DNA of 52,832 nucleotides, filler included, from Bipalium vagum (taxonomy: Eukaryota), in the NCBI GenBank assembly GCA_037834085.1. It is 3 parts of 3 records of this genome, joined end to end, with 100 filler letters (N's around TTAATTAATTAA, not from the genome) between each part and the next. Parts side by side here need not be neighbours in the genome. Positions count along the whole stretch, not along the records: positions 1 to 16,934 come from JBBMKC010085400.1; positions 17,035 to 34,432 come from JBBMKC010067920.1; 1 more part is not named here. The stretch is one strand, 5' to 3'. A model generated the notes under the pieces. It ran no database searches. It was not told where the DNA came from and saw only the letters and a list, made by a program, of their open reading frames with translations. Shown piece after piece: positions 13,240 to 27,459 of this stretch (position 1 is the first letter of the stretch; each line of letters opens with the position of its first letter). The position numbers were made by a program, and so were the translations under genes.

Positions 13240-13783
13240 TTTTAAAAGAAGTCCCAAAATGAGACCACTTGGATAAAAAACCAGTGATACTGGTTTGGTA
13301 GAACTATGAAGGACTTATTTATTTCGAGGTAGCTTCTCAAGGTTTAGCTGTAATGCCAACAAAAATTATCAAAACTTTGATAGAATATGATATCCAGCAT
13401 TAAGAAAAAATTTAAGAGTCATTCTTCATCAAGATAATACTATTCCGCATATGGATATTGTAACTAAAACAAAACTTAACAGTCTAGATATTGAAATCCT
13501 ACCACAAGCCTCATGTATCTTTAATCTAGCGCCATCAGGTTTCCATATATTTTGGTAAATGTCTGCATTCTCGAAAGAAAATTTCTAGGTCTCATTTATA
13601 CTGAAAAAATAGGTATCAAAGTGGCCTTTTACAGGTTACAGAAAGATGATTAAAGACAATTGACCATGATGGATTGTATTTAAACGAATAAAATTCATTT
13701 CTATAAATAAATTTCATTTTTATTCTTTGTATTCAGTAACTATATTATACTAAAAATTTCGGAAACTTATGAAACGCCATAAT
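13240..13783 (+). mobile_element. Decayed mariner, catalytic 3' part
   Basis: VILVW*NYEGLIYFEV and VILHQDNTIPHMDIVTKTKLNSLDIEILPQASCIFNLAPSGFHIF. TIR-like end GGAAACTTATGAAACGCCATAATA. Confidence 0.7.
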
Positions 13784-15562
13784 ATTAATGAAATTCAAGA
13801 CAATAATATATTTGATAAATTCTAGCTTAAGCAAATACTCCCGAAATTTGGTCTTTAAGATTTCAAAAGTTAAAGGAGTGATATGATTAAAAGGGACATT
13901 TATGTGAATGTGCATAACCACAATAAATATTGAAAACAGACAATAAGAAGAAAATTCAAAAAATATGGAGAAATACTAACAAATTGCAGCACATACAAAC
14001 AAAAGTGGTATAGTGCACCATATTATGAAAATTTTTAATTTAAAATCATAAATTAAATTATAATATAAATATTTAAAATTTAAATAAAACTAAAAATCTT
14101 TAATCTTAAATTTTTATGTTAAATATCATAATTAATCTTTAATTAAATCAATAATAAAATAATTGCAATATATAATAAAAACATGAAATTATAAAGATAG
14201 AATTGAAAATCCAATGTTGACATAATCACATTTTTCATATTTGTGGAGTAATAAATAAATTATGAACTTGAAACTTCTGAATGTCATTAACCTTCATAAG
14301 GGAACCATTGAATCTTACTAAAGAATAGATAATATTCGATCATCAGAGTATTCATTGCATTTCCATAATTTCAGCAAACAGGCGAGAAAATCTCACATTC
14401 AGCTGGACAAATGATACAAATACACACGATCAGAGCTCAACACCAATCGCGTATCAATTTCTGCAAGACCATATTATTACTGAATATAAGAGCTGCTATG
14501 ACATTTTCTGCTTTTTTGGGGAGCTCAATTTTCCATAAACAGTTGGATTAAACAAAACAGGATATATAATTTTTCTCCATTATTATTTATAATAATTTTT
14601 AATAATAATCCAAATGCAATTAACCTATTATTCTACAGTGTCAAGTTCGTTGATTCTATTCTTTATTGTAAATGCTTTGTTTTCAATATCCAATTCAAAT
14701 GCCAACCTGAAGCTTTTCAATGGTAAAATATTTCAATTTTATTTTCCCCTGTCATCATAACCCAATCCCCTCCCAATTATAATCATATTTCTCTTGTATT
14801 TTGCATGATTTGTTTTAATTTAATTATTTATCATGGTGTCATCAGATTTCTTAATTATGCTTATCAACATCATAACCCTTAAATACCTATTTCGAAGGTT
14901 ATTGCACTGACAATTTTAATCAATGTCAGCATGTTTGTATTCCCAACCCCACGAACCACCGACAATTCCATTGCACATGTAGAAGTGGATTTTTTATACA
15001 AAATGACGGATTTAGTTGTGAGATTATTTATCTTTCTTTGTAAAATTTTATTATTATTTGCTAAAATTAAGTTTAGATTTGACATTAACTTAGCTTATTA
15101 AAATTGTCTATTTAGTCTAATAATTTCTTCAAAAAAGGTAGCCACAAAACAATTCATTTATCTTATCAACATATACCTTATTCATAACTATATTATATTA
15201 TATTATATTATATTTATTTTTATTAAAAGGTTATAATGAGAATGATTAATATATGTACAAATGCTGGATACCATTTTATAAGGCTTAAGTCTTATTTTAT
15301 TATTTTGATAAAAATAAATTTTATTAACCAATTTGAATTTAACTTTCAATTAAATTAGATTTATAACATTATAGAGAAAATATTTTGAAGGTAAATACAT
15401 TGGAGATTAATAAATTACTGCAAAGTGGGAAGATAATAATTAATTATTTATTAATTTTGTTAGGTATAATCATCTGATGAAATAAGATTTTTTCAAAATA
15501 AATTATTGCAATTATTGGATTATATTATTTTGTGTTCATTTTTTGCATTAATCAAAAGCATT

Positions 15563-15691
15563 NNNNNNNNNNNNNNNNNNNNNNNNNNNNNNNNNNNNNN
15601 NNNNNNNNNNNNNNNNNNNNNNNNNNNNNNNNNNNNNNNNNNNNNNNNNNNNNNNNNNNNNNNNNNNNNNNNNNNNNNNNNNNNNNNNNNN
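15563..15691. other. Assembly gap
   Basis: Run of N. Confidence 1.
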
Positions 15692-16079
15692 NTTTTTCCA
15701 ATTTTTAAACTATTTTCTTAGCGTGATTTCTTTAGTAGGGCAAGGAGTAATTTTATGGATTAAATAAAACTAGATTTAAAATAGAGAAAAATATTTTTAA
15801 AGAAAATCAATTTTTGCTATTGTTTCAAAAAAATTAAAAAAGGAAAGTAAACATTGTACATTAATAAAAGGAATAATAAAGAGAATTTGAATTATTAATA
15901 TACTTTTTCCTTATTTTTTGTGTATTTCGCACTTAACTTCTTCCAAGACATTCCTTCATTTTCGGCTGTCTACATTATATTGACAAGCATAAAATCTTTT
16001 TTTAATTTATTAAACTGAAATATTTACTAAAATGTTAAAATACCATGCTTTAGAGATAAGTGAAAAAAATTTAGTAAAA

Positions 16080-16245
16080 CGAAGGAATATAAACACCAAA
16101 AAGAAACAGCCAACAAAAATGCTTCGTTAAAATAATCTCATTAAAATGCCCTATGCTTATTGTGTTTTGAGATGCAAATGGTGTGATCAATACTAGCTGT
16201 ATTCCGGAAATCATCTACGCGAACTACTCCTACGCACTTATGTAA
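16080..16245 (+). mobile_element. Small mariner transposase fragment
   Basis: MLIVF*DANGVINTSCIPE resembles the mariner MLTVFWDxxGVI motif. Confidence 0.4.
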
Positions 16246-16859
16246 TTAATTTAATAAAAGTGATTTGTTTACCTTTACTACTTTATATCATTTTAAGCAG
16301 CGTGACTTGCTTATCAATTCAGATTAATTTATTTTAAAAAAGTATATAATGTATATTAAGTTACTTAACTTTAAAAGGTCCATTTTTATTTATCGGGTAT
16401 TTGGTCTTTATCAAGCTGAAAGCCATTGCCCTTTACTATTTAAGTTGTCGTGTATAACCAATTTCTAGTAACCAGCTCTACATAATATAAACCTTATGCG
16501 TTATGTATAAAATCAAAATAATCTGTTTAAAATAATCAATAAAAAATTGTTATTTTTAAAATATATTCAAGCTAAAATATTTCCAATGCACCTACGTTTT
16601 TTTATCATTATTTTTCATATTTCAAATTATATTTAAACAATAAATCACAAAAAATGAAATAATTAAAAATATTTTATGAATTATGATAAACTATAATTCC
16701 AATAAATAATTTAAACAATGAACTTTTTTCATAATTAAATTAATTAGTTTAATTAAATTTAATAAACAAAGCGAAACAATAAATTCCAATTTTTTGAAGC
16801 ATAAATTTAACATTTTAAAATTACAAATAATAAATAAATTGACAAAATGAATAAATATG

Positions 16860-16863
<4 letters not shown>

Positions 16864-16934
<71 letters not shown>
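16864..16934. repeat. (AAT)n microsatellite running into a gap
   Basis: Perfect TAA/AAT tandem. Confidence 0.95.
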
Positions 16935-17034
16935 NNNNNNNNNNNNNNNNNNNNNNNNNNNNNNNNNNNNNNNNNNNNTTAATTAATTAANNNNNNNNNN
17001 NNNNNNNNNNNNNNNNNNNNNNNNNNNNNNNNNN
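16935..17034. other. Artificial 100-bp contig spacer (44 N + TTAATTAATTAA + 44 N)
   Basis: Six-frame stop linker; identical structure at 34433-34532. Confidence 0.95.
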
Positions 17035-18329
17035 TTTATTCTTAAAAATAAATTATTTTGAAATTACCGCTCTGTTTTATTAGCGGCGGAAATTAATTAA
17101 AACACCTAATAAGACATTGATAAATTCACGGTTTTAATTTTCATTTGTAGTCGTTGTGATAAAGTGAATAAAGTTTTATTTGTGTTGGTTTGATTCATTT
17201 TGGTTTTAGATTCGAAAAAACCAACTCAACATATTAAAGTGATGAGTTGTTGATTTACGAATGCAAGTTACTTTTAAGGTATAATAGTAACAATTTTAAT
17301 AATTTAGTATTATTTATAATATTATCAAGTTTATATTATTTAAAATTTAATAAGCAAAAATAAATAAGAATATGCTTTATATTTATAAAAAACGTGTCAT
17401 TTATTTCTTTCTTCAAAATTGCCATATTTTCCTAACAATTTTTAATACATTAATATTGTCAAAATGCCACAGAAATATAAATAATTATTTCGTAAAGACT
17501 TTTTCTGTTGAAAGTCTTCGAATTAATATCTCAAGTTTTTTCTTAAATATTTTTATTCAATATAAATAAATAAAGCCTAATGGATTCTGGTTTTCAGTTA
17601 GCATCCATCAAGCGGTTTGTTAAGGATGCTGTCTTTAGTAGTAACTTATAAATCACAAAGAAATAAATTAACGGCCTTTGATAATTAGCAAAACTAAATA
17701 AATCCATTTACAAAAAGTAATGGTGGAATGTAATAATTACTTTCTGTCAAAAATGCATCATCATCAATGATTAAATAAAATTTGTTAAATATAGGAATTT
17801 ACAAATGAAACCAAAGATGGATTGACCGCTTCTTACTCTTGTTTGAAAATTAGATTAAAAAAACATTAAGTACAAAGAAAATAATTATAATTTTTTTAAT
17901 TCACAATTTTTATTTCAATTAATAACAATTATGATAATTTTTATATTATTATTTTTATTTATTTTTGTTCTTCATATTTTTATTATTGATGAAAATCTTA
18001 ATCCATTGTATATTTTATCATTAGTTTAAAACAAATCATTTTCCTATTAAATACAAAAGTAATCTTTTTAAGTCTGGATAGTTTATCCCATTTACAAGCA
18101 CTTAAAGTAATTGCAAATAATCTAAGAGACTTTCGAGAATCTCGTTGAAAATTTGTAAAATTCTTTATATATTTAATTGGCTGCATTTCTGTTTTCAACT
18201 TTTAAACTAAAAACATTTGAGATTTTCACTTTGAAAATAAAATAAGTTTTTTTTTCATAATTAATAAATTAGATTTTATTATACATGAACATTTTTTCAG
18301 ATTTTTAATGTTACTTTTATGGAAATATA

Positions 18330-19522
18330 CCAGGTTGTAACAGTGAAATTTAGACATTTCAAATGTTTTTGAAAAATAGCTTGAATAAAAAATAATCTTT
18401 GTTATTAATATATATGATATATAGTTATATAATTTGTAGACTAGTGACCTACTTAAACAATCAATAATATTCATCAATAGTTTCATTATTCATTCATAAA
18501 TTACTGACAACAGCAATATGTCAAAAGAAAAATATCCGTGTGCTGTTTCTTTATCACTTCAAAATTGGTCAAAATGCAACGAAAAGGTATGATCAAATTT
18601 GCAAAGCGTTTGGCAAAAATACAGTAATTTGACAGACCTGCTATAATTCAATTCAAGAAATTCGAAGATAGTGATTTCTCACTTCCATTTGAACCACATC
18701 CAGGTCGCAATGCAATCATTGATGATGATGAAGTTCTCCTGAAACTGAAAGAGAATAATCAACAGAGAATTAGTAACACAGCTTGTATGTTCCAATACAA
18801 CTGTGGCTCGTCACCTTTACTCTGTTGGCAAGTTGAACAAGTTGAACAAGTTAGGCAAGTGGTTGCCTCATCAATTGACTGCTGCAATCAAAATGTGTCG
18901 TTTCACCATTTGCAATTCAATGCTAATCGAGCACCGTACATTTCACTGACTGAATTCAATTGTCACTGGAGATGAGAAGTGGGTGAGCGATCATGAGTGA
19001 GTTCGGGTGAATCAGTTTTTGCGATAACTAAAGGCCATATGAAGCAGATCTATGCGGTGTCATCATGATGGAATTGCTTCTGTTAAACATCACTGTTACC
19101 AAAGAACTCTATTGTGAGCTATTGGATCGTCTGAACATTAAAATCAAAGAAATTCGTCCACAGCGCCAGAGCACCGAACAAAGTTGACTTCAGAAAAGCT
19201 GATAAGTTTGGGATCGAATGTTTTGCGTCATCCACCTTACAGCCCAGAATTGGCGCAAACTGACTATCATTTCTTTCGATCATTGCAAAACCATAATGCC
19301 AATATGAAGTTTAATATGAAGACAAGAGATTTTCTTGAGATTTTCTTCAAAGAAAAGCAGCAGTCATTTTATGTTCATGGAATTGAAACTTTGCAGCAAA
19401 ACTGGGGAGATGTGATTAATATTGATTGTGATTATCTAGAAAACTAAACTGTTATGTCTTGTACTAATTGAACAATAAATTGCTATTTTGTTAATCATCT
19501 AAATTTCACTGGTACAAACTGA
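18330..19522 (+). mobile_element. Decayed near-full-length mariner (~1.19 kb)
   Basis: TA-flanked TIRs CCAGGTTGTAACAGTGAAATTTAGA / TCAGTTTGTACCAGTGAAATTTAGA (minus). Peptides FLYHFKIGQNATK, KFEDSDFSLPFEPHPGR, KLGKWLPHQL, IVTGDEKWV, LRHPPYSPELAQTDYHFFRSLQN (ORF 19184-19447). Confidence 0.9.
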
Positions 19523-19626
19523 TATTTAAATTAAGGTTAAATTTTTTTTATCTAAAAATTACCTTTGTGAGTTTATCAAATATTGATTTAAATATATAGT
19601 GTTTTATTGAAGAGATTCGATTTACA

Positions 19627-19628
<2 letters not shown>

Positions 19629-19680
<52 letters not shown>
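19629..19680. repeat. (AAT)n microsatellite
   Basis: Perfect tandem. Confidence 0.95.
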
Positions 19681-19684
<4 letters not shown>

Positions 19685-21019
19685 TAATATTAATATAAAA
19701 TCATTTTTATATATTTTCACGTCAAACATTGAAAAAACCTCTGCTAAAGTACCTATCAAAGAAATCTAATAAGAAGAAAATACTATAAAATTTCTTCTCT
19801 TTATCTCAAAAGTTGTTATTGATAAACAAATAGATTTCATGGTGATTACCCCTCCTGTATCATTGGGGATCTGCGATATAGAATTATATATTACAGTATG
19901 AAATTAAAATCCAGATTTGTTGAAAATTATATTATTTTTTTCTAATTTGCAATCGAAAAATAATATATTAATTATCTGTTCCTATTTTTTATTTAGCTCA
20001 AGAAACTAAAACGTATTTACATTGGCTAAATATGAAAATAGTTTCTCTACATTTTTGTTATTATACTCATATAATAAAAGCTAAGAAAGCTATTTAAAAT
20101 CTATAAACATGGGGGGCATAATGAGGCTGTTATTGTTTGACTGTAGGATGGATCATTCAAGATTTATAATTATTTCAACTGGCTAATTATAATAGGTCTT
20201 TTCCGACAATAGTTTCATTATATCTGTGATGAAGTATTCCGGTTTCCAAAAGCATTGTTTAACATACGGTTGTTATCGTTAGGCAGTCCCTAACATTTCG
20301 AGCTTCATCATTTCGAAGCCAATGTAATTTTTCAAATGTTATTCTCGTCGCTTAAAAATAACGTATTATACTGAAAATTACACAAAATATGGATATGGAG
20401 ATAAGAAGGAACATTAATAATAATTTTCAATTAAATCATATATTAAAGCAAGCTGTTATTTTTCATACATTTTACTAATAATGTGAGCTTGTGTAAGCTA
20501 ATCCACAAATCGGTGATTAAAATATTTCAGCTGTTTGATTTACATAAAATCACGTTTTATTAATAATTAATTAATTGTTAAAAATAACTATTTCAATTAA
20601 ACAAAGTGATAGTCAAGCTTAAAATTAGAATTGGGAGAAATAAAATGAAGAATAAATCGCAAAATGTCAGAATAAATGTAAAAATAAATATTAAATACAT
20701 AATAAGGCATTTTATTTTAAATGTAATTTTTTGATGTGTTCAAGCATAAAATAATACTTGATTTTTGTTAACAATAATTGATTTTAATATTATGCAGAAC
20801 ATGGGTTTACATTAAATGTCAACTTTGATTAGTTCAATTTCAATTTTGTTTATTTAAATTAAAATTTTAATGTCAAAAATATCAACAAGTAAATAAAGTT
20901 ATTTATTTTAATTTGTATTTAGTTATGTAACCGATCAAGACAGACACGGAATTTGAAATGTTTACGAATCGGGGAATACACCAAAAAAATTTCCAAAATT
21001 ATAAATATAAAGGTATTTA

Positions 21020-21830
21020 TATTTATGAACGAATAGATGCACAAATTGTAACAAATGCGTGTTAATGTCATGAAAGACTTTACCATTTTATGCAGCTCAC
21101 GTTTAGTCTAAAGAAAATATGCCAAAATTTTTATCGATATATCAGTTTCAAATGCCACGGATGTATGATACATTGGTAGTCTTCATTATAGATCGAAATT
21201 AATACACCTTAGTTCCAATTAGAAGAAATGTCGATGATACAATAGGTACTAGAAAAGAACAGGCTCAAACTTTCATCAAGTTTCAATCATTCTAAGGAGA
21301 ATAAAATTTTATGTTAATTAATGAAATTTGTTTCAGCATTATCGTGAGAATAGGCTCTCCTATGCACTTGGTAGTTAAACAAATTAGATAAAGAAACGTT
21401 TCGATATGATGTGTTATGAATAAAAATGGCATAATTCATTTTAAAACACAAGCACGTGCATTCAATTCATAATATTTTTGGAATTTGATATAATCGAAAG
21501 AAATGAATTTGGCTGATGCTTTTCTGATTAAGAATAATTCTGTATTCCATAAACTCAAAGATATAACACTTTTCTTTGAAAGTGAAGATTTTCTACCACC
21601 ATATTCATTATATCTCACTCCTATGGAAAATATATTTAGCAAATAGAAAATATATTTAGCAAATGGAAAGAATATTTTAAGCATGAAAGTTCAGTTAATG
21701 ACGAAACATTTCAACTGATTCAAAGGAGAACCAATTTGATAAAACCATCAGATTGTTCGCTTAGACAAAAACTTTTATATATCGCAAGATATTGAAGGTG
21801 TAATAATAAATATTTGAATTAGTTTTTTGA
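21020..21830 (+). mobile_element. IS630-like Tc1/mariner (DDE_3-type) transposase remnant, second copy
   Basis: LVPIRRNVDDTIGTRKEQAQTF, LINEICFSII, FLIKNNSVFHKLKDITLFFESEDFLPPYSLYLTPMENIFSK. DNA similarity to 12860-12960. Confidence 0.7.
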
Positions 21831-24099
21831 GTTGTAGAATTTAACGTTAACAAAAATGAAATTCAACTTAACAAATTGATTATTTAATGTGTAATAATCA
21901 ATATAAAATTACTTGAAATTATTTATTATTTTTCTACTAATATTTTCTATCAATTCACCTAAAATAAGTCTTATGTTTTAATTATCATTTTAATAATTTA
22001 AGAAATAAAAATAATTAAAATCAATAAATGCATCTTTGTCTCGCCACACTTATCGCACCTCAAAAATTTTTCTTGATTAACCAAATTAGTCTTGACTTAA
22101 AAATGATCACTGTGAAAGAATTTTAGAAAAATTAAATTAAATCAATTGAAATATTTTCCTACAAATATCTTTTCGTTTTAGATTTCTTTTTCCCTATTTT
22201 TTCATAATTATGTTGATTCATTGCTTAACTAAAAATATTTAATTTTTGTTTAAAAATATATTAAAAATTTGATAATTTATTAATTAAATATAATTTATTA
22301 GAAATTATAATCAAAGATTTATTTTAATAAATATATGAATATAAAATGAAATTAGAGTAATGAAAAATTTATAAATTGTAAGTAAATATTTTATTATATT
22401 TGAATATGTTCACCAAATGAAAACTGATATATTTGTTTAACTTTCTAAAGTTGGAAATGAATAAAGTATGAATTTGGGTGAGTATATTTTTTTTACTTGT
22501 TAATAATTATTATTATATCATAATTGGTCGGGTTTACTTAAAAGCACTCAACTCGAACAGTCCATTATCAGGACATTTGATATCTTGTTATTCTATGTGT
22601 TGCTATTGCATGGTGATTCATGTTAATGTTTTATTGATCTTAGTTGATTACGCCAATTGTTAATGCACGGAATCAGGTTCATTTTAATTTATCAAATAAT
22701 TAACAAATTTGAAATAACGAGAGAGGTTGAAATACAAGAGAAATAAAAAAGATAAATATAATTTCTATCTATTTTTGGAAAATTGAGGAAAATTACCCTA
22801 AAATTTATAACATTACAGATTATTGTGACAAAATTGTTTTCATAATACTTGTAAAAAAATGAAATGCTTTTCAATACTGAAAAATATTAAAATATTATAT
22901 TTTCATACGTAACTCAAGGGTGTATAGGAAATATGAGTAAATGTAATTCAGATAATTTTAATATTTTGGTCGATTTTTAAGTAATATAACAAAATAAAAT
23001 AGCCGTAAAGCCTGAAAAATTATGAAAAAAAACATTTTTGCCTCTCAAATCTTTGAAGAAGAAATATTCATTCAACCATGAATAAAAACGAGGAATTATT
23101 ATTACTAGTCGTAAATTGCATTTTCCAGTTTGCCCTTATGTCGACTGCAGTAAAATTTCTTTGAGTCAAATAATTATTATTATGTTATATTTTTATGAAG
23201 CACAAATCGCCTAATTTTTATAAATCTGATTATGAAAAAAGTAATTTTATCAATTATGCAAATGATAATTGTTCAAAAATATTTGATTAACTAAAACAAA
23301 ATAGTCTTAATTCACAAATAATTATATAATCAAATATTTGAAAAATATGGAAAGCCAAAATGGGTTTTATTTAAATTTATCCTTAAGTAAAATTAGGGAA
23401 TCTGTCTTCCAGAATTTGTGGTACGAATATATTTTTCATGAAATATTTATTTTATTTTATTTTTTTCCTACTTTTGCTGTTTGAATAAAATGTGGGAAAA
23501 TAAGAAATCTCTCAATTCAGATTAATATGATTTTAAGATTATGTAATTAGGATTGGTTAAATTTATGGGATTAATGGTTTTCGTTCCTGGCTGTATTCCT
23601 TTAGTCATTAATAATTAAAAGAAAATTATTATAAAATTTCCAGAAATTTTTTGATAATATTACTTGTTTTGTAAGTCAAAAACGATAATGATTGGAATCT
23701 CAAAATGCTTTTTTCTGGTGAAAATTGATTTAGTAACTTATTTATATTATAAAATTATTATAAATATTTTCAATAATTTTTAAGTTGTTTATATCGTCTT
23801 ATTAAGGACATGGTCAAGAATATTAAAAAAAGGATTAATTAAACAATTTAAAATCCTTTGCTACCAGGTTTTAGTTTGCTGTTTTTTATGTTATATATTA
23901 CTTATATAATTTATCGTTTAAGATAATAATAAATTTTCGAAGGGAAATAATTCTTTAACAATAATACCTTCTAATTGGATTTTCAAAATGTTGTAAGACT
24001 CATTGGAAAGTGAGTGATTGAAAACAGCAAGCTAAAGGACGTCCCAGGTTTAAACCGACTGTCTCAAGGCTTTTTAGAATAAAGTACAATTGTAGCATT

Positions 24100-24365
24100 A
24101 AAACAAAAATAATCTTTTATAAAAAAAACCATATAATTTTTTCCAAAAGTTTCAAACAGAATTCTATCACTCTTTTCAGAGACTTCAAATGAAAATCACT
24201 ACCTTGTACTATTTCTGAGCTTAACAATATAAGCAAAATTCTTATTAGACTCTGTTTCTGAGTTACAAATGGCAGAGAAACGTTCAATTGATTTCAAATT
24301 TGGTAAATTCGATGGATTATCAGTCTTGGATACCGATGATATATCTTCTTTATTTAAATAGCTAA
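24100..24365 (-). mobile_element. DD37E-type transposase C-terminal fragment
   Basis: YLNKEDISSVSKTDNPSNLPNLKSIERFSAIC (NPPNxPxxRPIE-like). Confidence 0.5.
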
Positions 24366-24374
24366 AGGGTGTTC

Positions 24375-25859
24375 AGGGTTTAATGTCGCATTTTTAAAAT
24401 AATTTAATTGAAAAAATAGAAATCAAAGAAATATTTTTCAAAACCAAGAACAAAGTTTATTAAACCAACAAAACTTTACAGACCTTTATGATCACCATTA
24501 TACAAATTATGTTTAAAGTTTGTGAAAAACCTAGCACCGATTTTTTCTGCTCTTTCTTGTTAAATTCAAAACTGAACATTTTTTTATTTACGAATAGTAT
24601 CAGAAACCTTGTTTAATTGTTTTATTTGCGTGCATAAGGCCCAGAACCTTTCAATAGGTTGTTGATTAGGTACAGCAGGTGCATTTTTATTTCTTTTAAC
24701 ATAATCGATTTTTGTTGATTGAGTAATCGCAAACAATTTGTGAATAATGTGAACTGGCCGTATCAAGCTACAAATATTATCATTATCTTGTTTCAGTTTG
24801 ATAATAAAGGATTCCAGATGCTTTTTTATGTATTCTCCAAGATAAACTGTTTTGTTGATATACTTGGTCATTTTGCAAAATGAGCGGCCATATCAAAAAA
24901 TTAGGATGAAACTTTGATTTTCGTTTTGTTTTTGGTATCAATATTAATTTCGTCATTATCAACGTTGTGATACTCACTAACTGATGTTTGAATTGAATCA
25001 ACAATAAGTCTCATCATCAATTACAAAGAATTTTTCATTACCGAAATGAACTAAGATTTTGTAAAGCACTTTATAATCTATTCTTTTGCAAGTTCTTTAT
25101 GATCTTTCACATATCTAGACAACAGATCTTCCTAGTTATAATATCCAACCTGTTCTTTGCATTTGATATGTGGGGTTGGCAAGAAAGTTCCTACGTTTTT
25201 AAGATTGGAATTTGTAAATCAATTTTTCATAAATTATTTCTACAGTTGTTATTTAAATCATGTAATAGTCTGATGTGATAATTAAAATATCATTATGCAA
25301 GATAAAAACCTGCAGGTAAAAAATGTGGTAAAACATTCATTCTCAGATCCTCTTTGATGGCTTTGGCTGAAATAGTTAAAACACCTACTGCCATAGAAAC
25401 CATGTTTTGACCAATGGCTGTCTTTTTCCCCTTCCACTACCCTTCTTACGTTTGTAAGTTGACGTTTCTTTGAAATCTTTCAAAACCTTAGCAAATGATG
25501 ATAGCATTTTTCCAATTTTCTTTGATATTTCTTTTCCTGACAATACATAATCTAAATATATCACAAGCTGTCATTTTCGAAAATCCACTGGCTTCACCAT
25601 TTTATCTGTATTCATAATCTTGACTATTTGAAATTACACAACATTTTAATTTACAAAAAGCTTAGCTAAACAAATACTTACATAATTTAATCGATTAAAT
25701 TCTATTTTAAAATATTTATTATTATATAAAATTAAATTAAGATAAAAACTAAACAGAAAATTACAATAAAAATAATTACAATAAAGATTTAATTACAATT
25801 TAAGTTTTTACAAACATTTTCAAAAAATTTCCACTACAAACTTGCAAAATAACCCAGTA
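24375..25859 (-). mobile_element. Decayed DD37E (ITmD37E/TRT-like) transposon
   Basis: Minus strand MVKPVDFRK..KEISKKIGK..RKKGSGR, FVIDDETYC, KSKFHPNFLIW, INKTVYLGEYIKKHL, KNAPAVPNQQPIERFWALC (ORFs 24584-24871, 24783-25004). Ends approximate. Confidence 0.8.
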
Positions 25860-26639
25860 AGGTAAAGAAGGTTTCCTAGAGCATTTATTTGAAAGCTGCA
25901 AGAATTTTGATAAATATAATGGATTATCAAGTCAAGAATACAACTTTTGCTGATTAAGCTGTCCTTGAATGTAAATTAAAAAATATATCTCAATGTCGAA
26001 CTAAGCTTTTATTTAATAATTTGAAATTTTTGTACACGTTAAGTTAATGAAAGGATAAAGAAAAAGCACAACTAAGAACTTTACATTTAGAAGGTCATAA
26101 TAAATCGTATTCTTATTAAAATGATAAAATAACAAGATTTTTAAAAAAATATATTTGTTAATGCAATCCCCAATTGATTCTTTAAATTAAGATTAAAAAG
26201 GATTACTGTTATAAAAATATTTTTCTTTTAGAAAATCCCCAACAATTTGCGTTTAATTAAAGAAAAATAATTATAATTCTCTCACACAATATTAAAATCA
26301 GTCCTCAGGGATCTTAAAGAATGTAATTCGCAACCCTAATAAGTATGCACACTACGAACACAAATATATCTGAATCAGAAATGAAGGATAAAATCAAAAA
26401 TTTATTCGATCTTAGCATCTGGAGTCAAAATATTTATTTTATAAGAATGAATAACAAATTATTACTTTTTCTTAATCTTTATTTTTTTAAAATATATTAA
26501 AATTAGTTAGAGACGAAACCTTATTTCCAATTAGTAACAATTATAATAAAGTTGATCAGAAATTTATAAAATATCTGTCAATAAAAACAAAGAAAAATTC
26601 TTACTTTAAATAGACAAAATAGATGTCTTCGTTTTGATA

Positions 26640-27200
26640 TTTTATGTTTTGGTCTGTTTCTATAAGCACTTTGTCTCTTTAATATTTTGATTTTTTAGAT
26701 GAGGTTTATGCTATTTTCCATGCGCAATAGGTGGAAAAGTAGCAAGTATTAATTTCCATGACTATCATGTAGCATGATACACCTATGCCCTAGCATAAAA
26801 CTATTTCAACTTCCTGGTGCAATTTGGTATATAAAATAAATTTTGGAGAATCCTAAACCCCACGTACCGAAAGTGGTAAATCCTTTGAAAAATATTTCAA
26901 ATGAACAATATTACATTTTTTGTGGGTATATATAATAGTCTGCTCCGAATAGTAAATTTTAATTCATTTTAATTTTTTGTGATTTATAGATTTTTGTGAT
27001 TATCTATATTTTGCTTCTTTTTTGTGCATGTGGAAAGACTGTAACCAAGTATGCCTGTTCAATATCTTGCATGGAATATATACGCTTGCGTATATATTCT
27101 GGGGGCACATGATTTTTAACGATAAAAATGCTTTAAAAATTTAAGTGATTAGATATGGTACATGTTCTTGAAATAAAATAGGATGCCCAGCAAATATAAT
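26640..27200 (-). mobile_element. Possible MULE transposase remnant
   Basis: QDIEQAYLVTVFPHAQKR weakly resembles the MULE DFExA...VFPxA motif. Highly degenerate. Confidence 0.25.
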
Positions 27201-27459
27201 ATCACTTTACATTCATGATATTATTTAATTTTGTAATAAAGTATATTTATTTTTGTTTTATCGTTGATTGTAGTTTGTATTATTTAAAAATCTACCAATA
27301 ACAGCTAAGTATTATTTTTCTATAGATAAAACAAATCAGCTCAAATTTATAAAGAAAATTAAAAATAAAACTCATCTGGATAATAAGAAAATGGCTCTCA
27401 TCAATATATAAATCTTTTGGACTTTGTCTCCGGGAAATTTCAAAGAAAATGAATATTTC

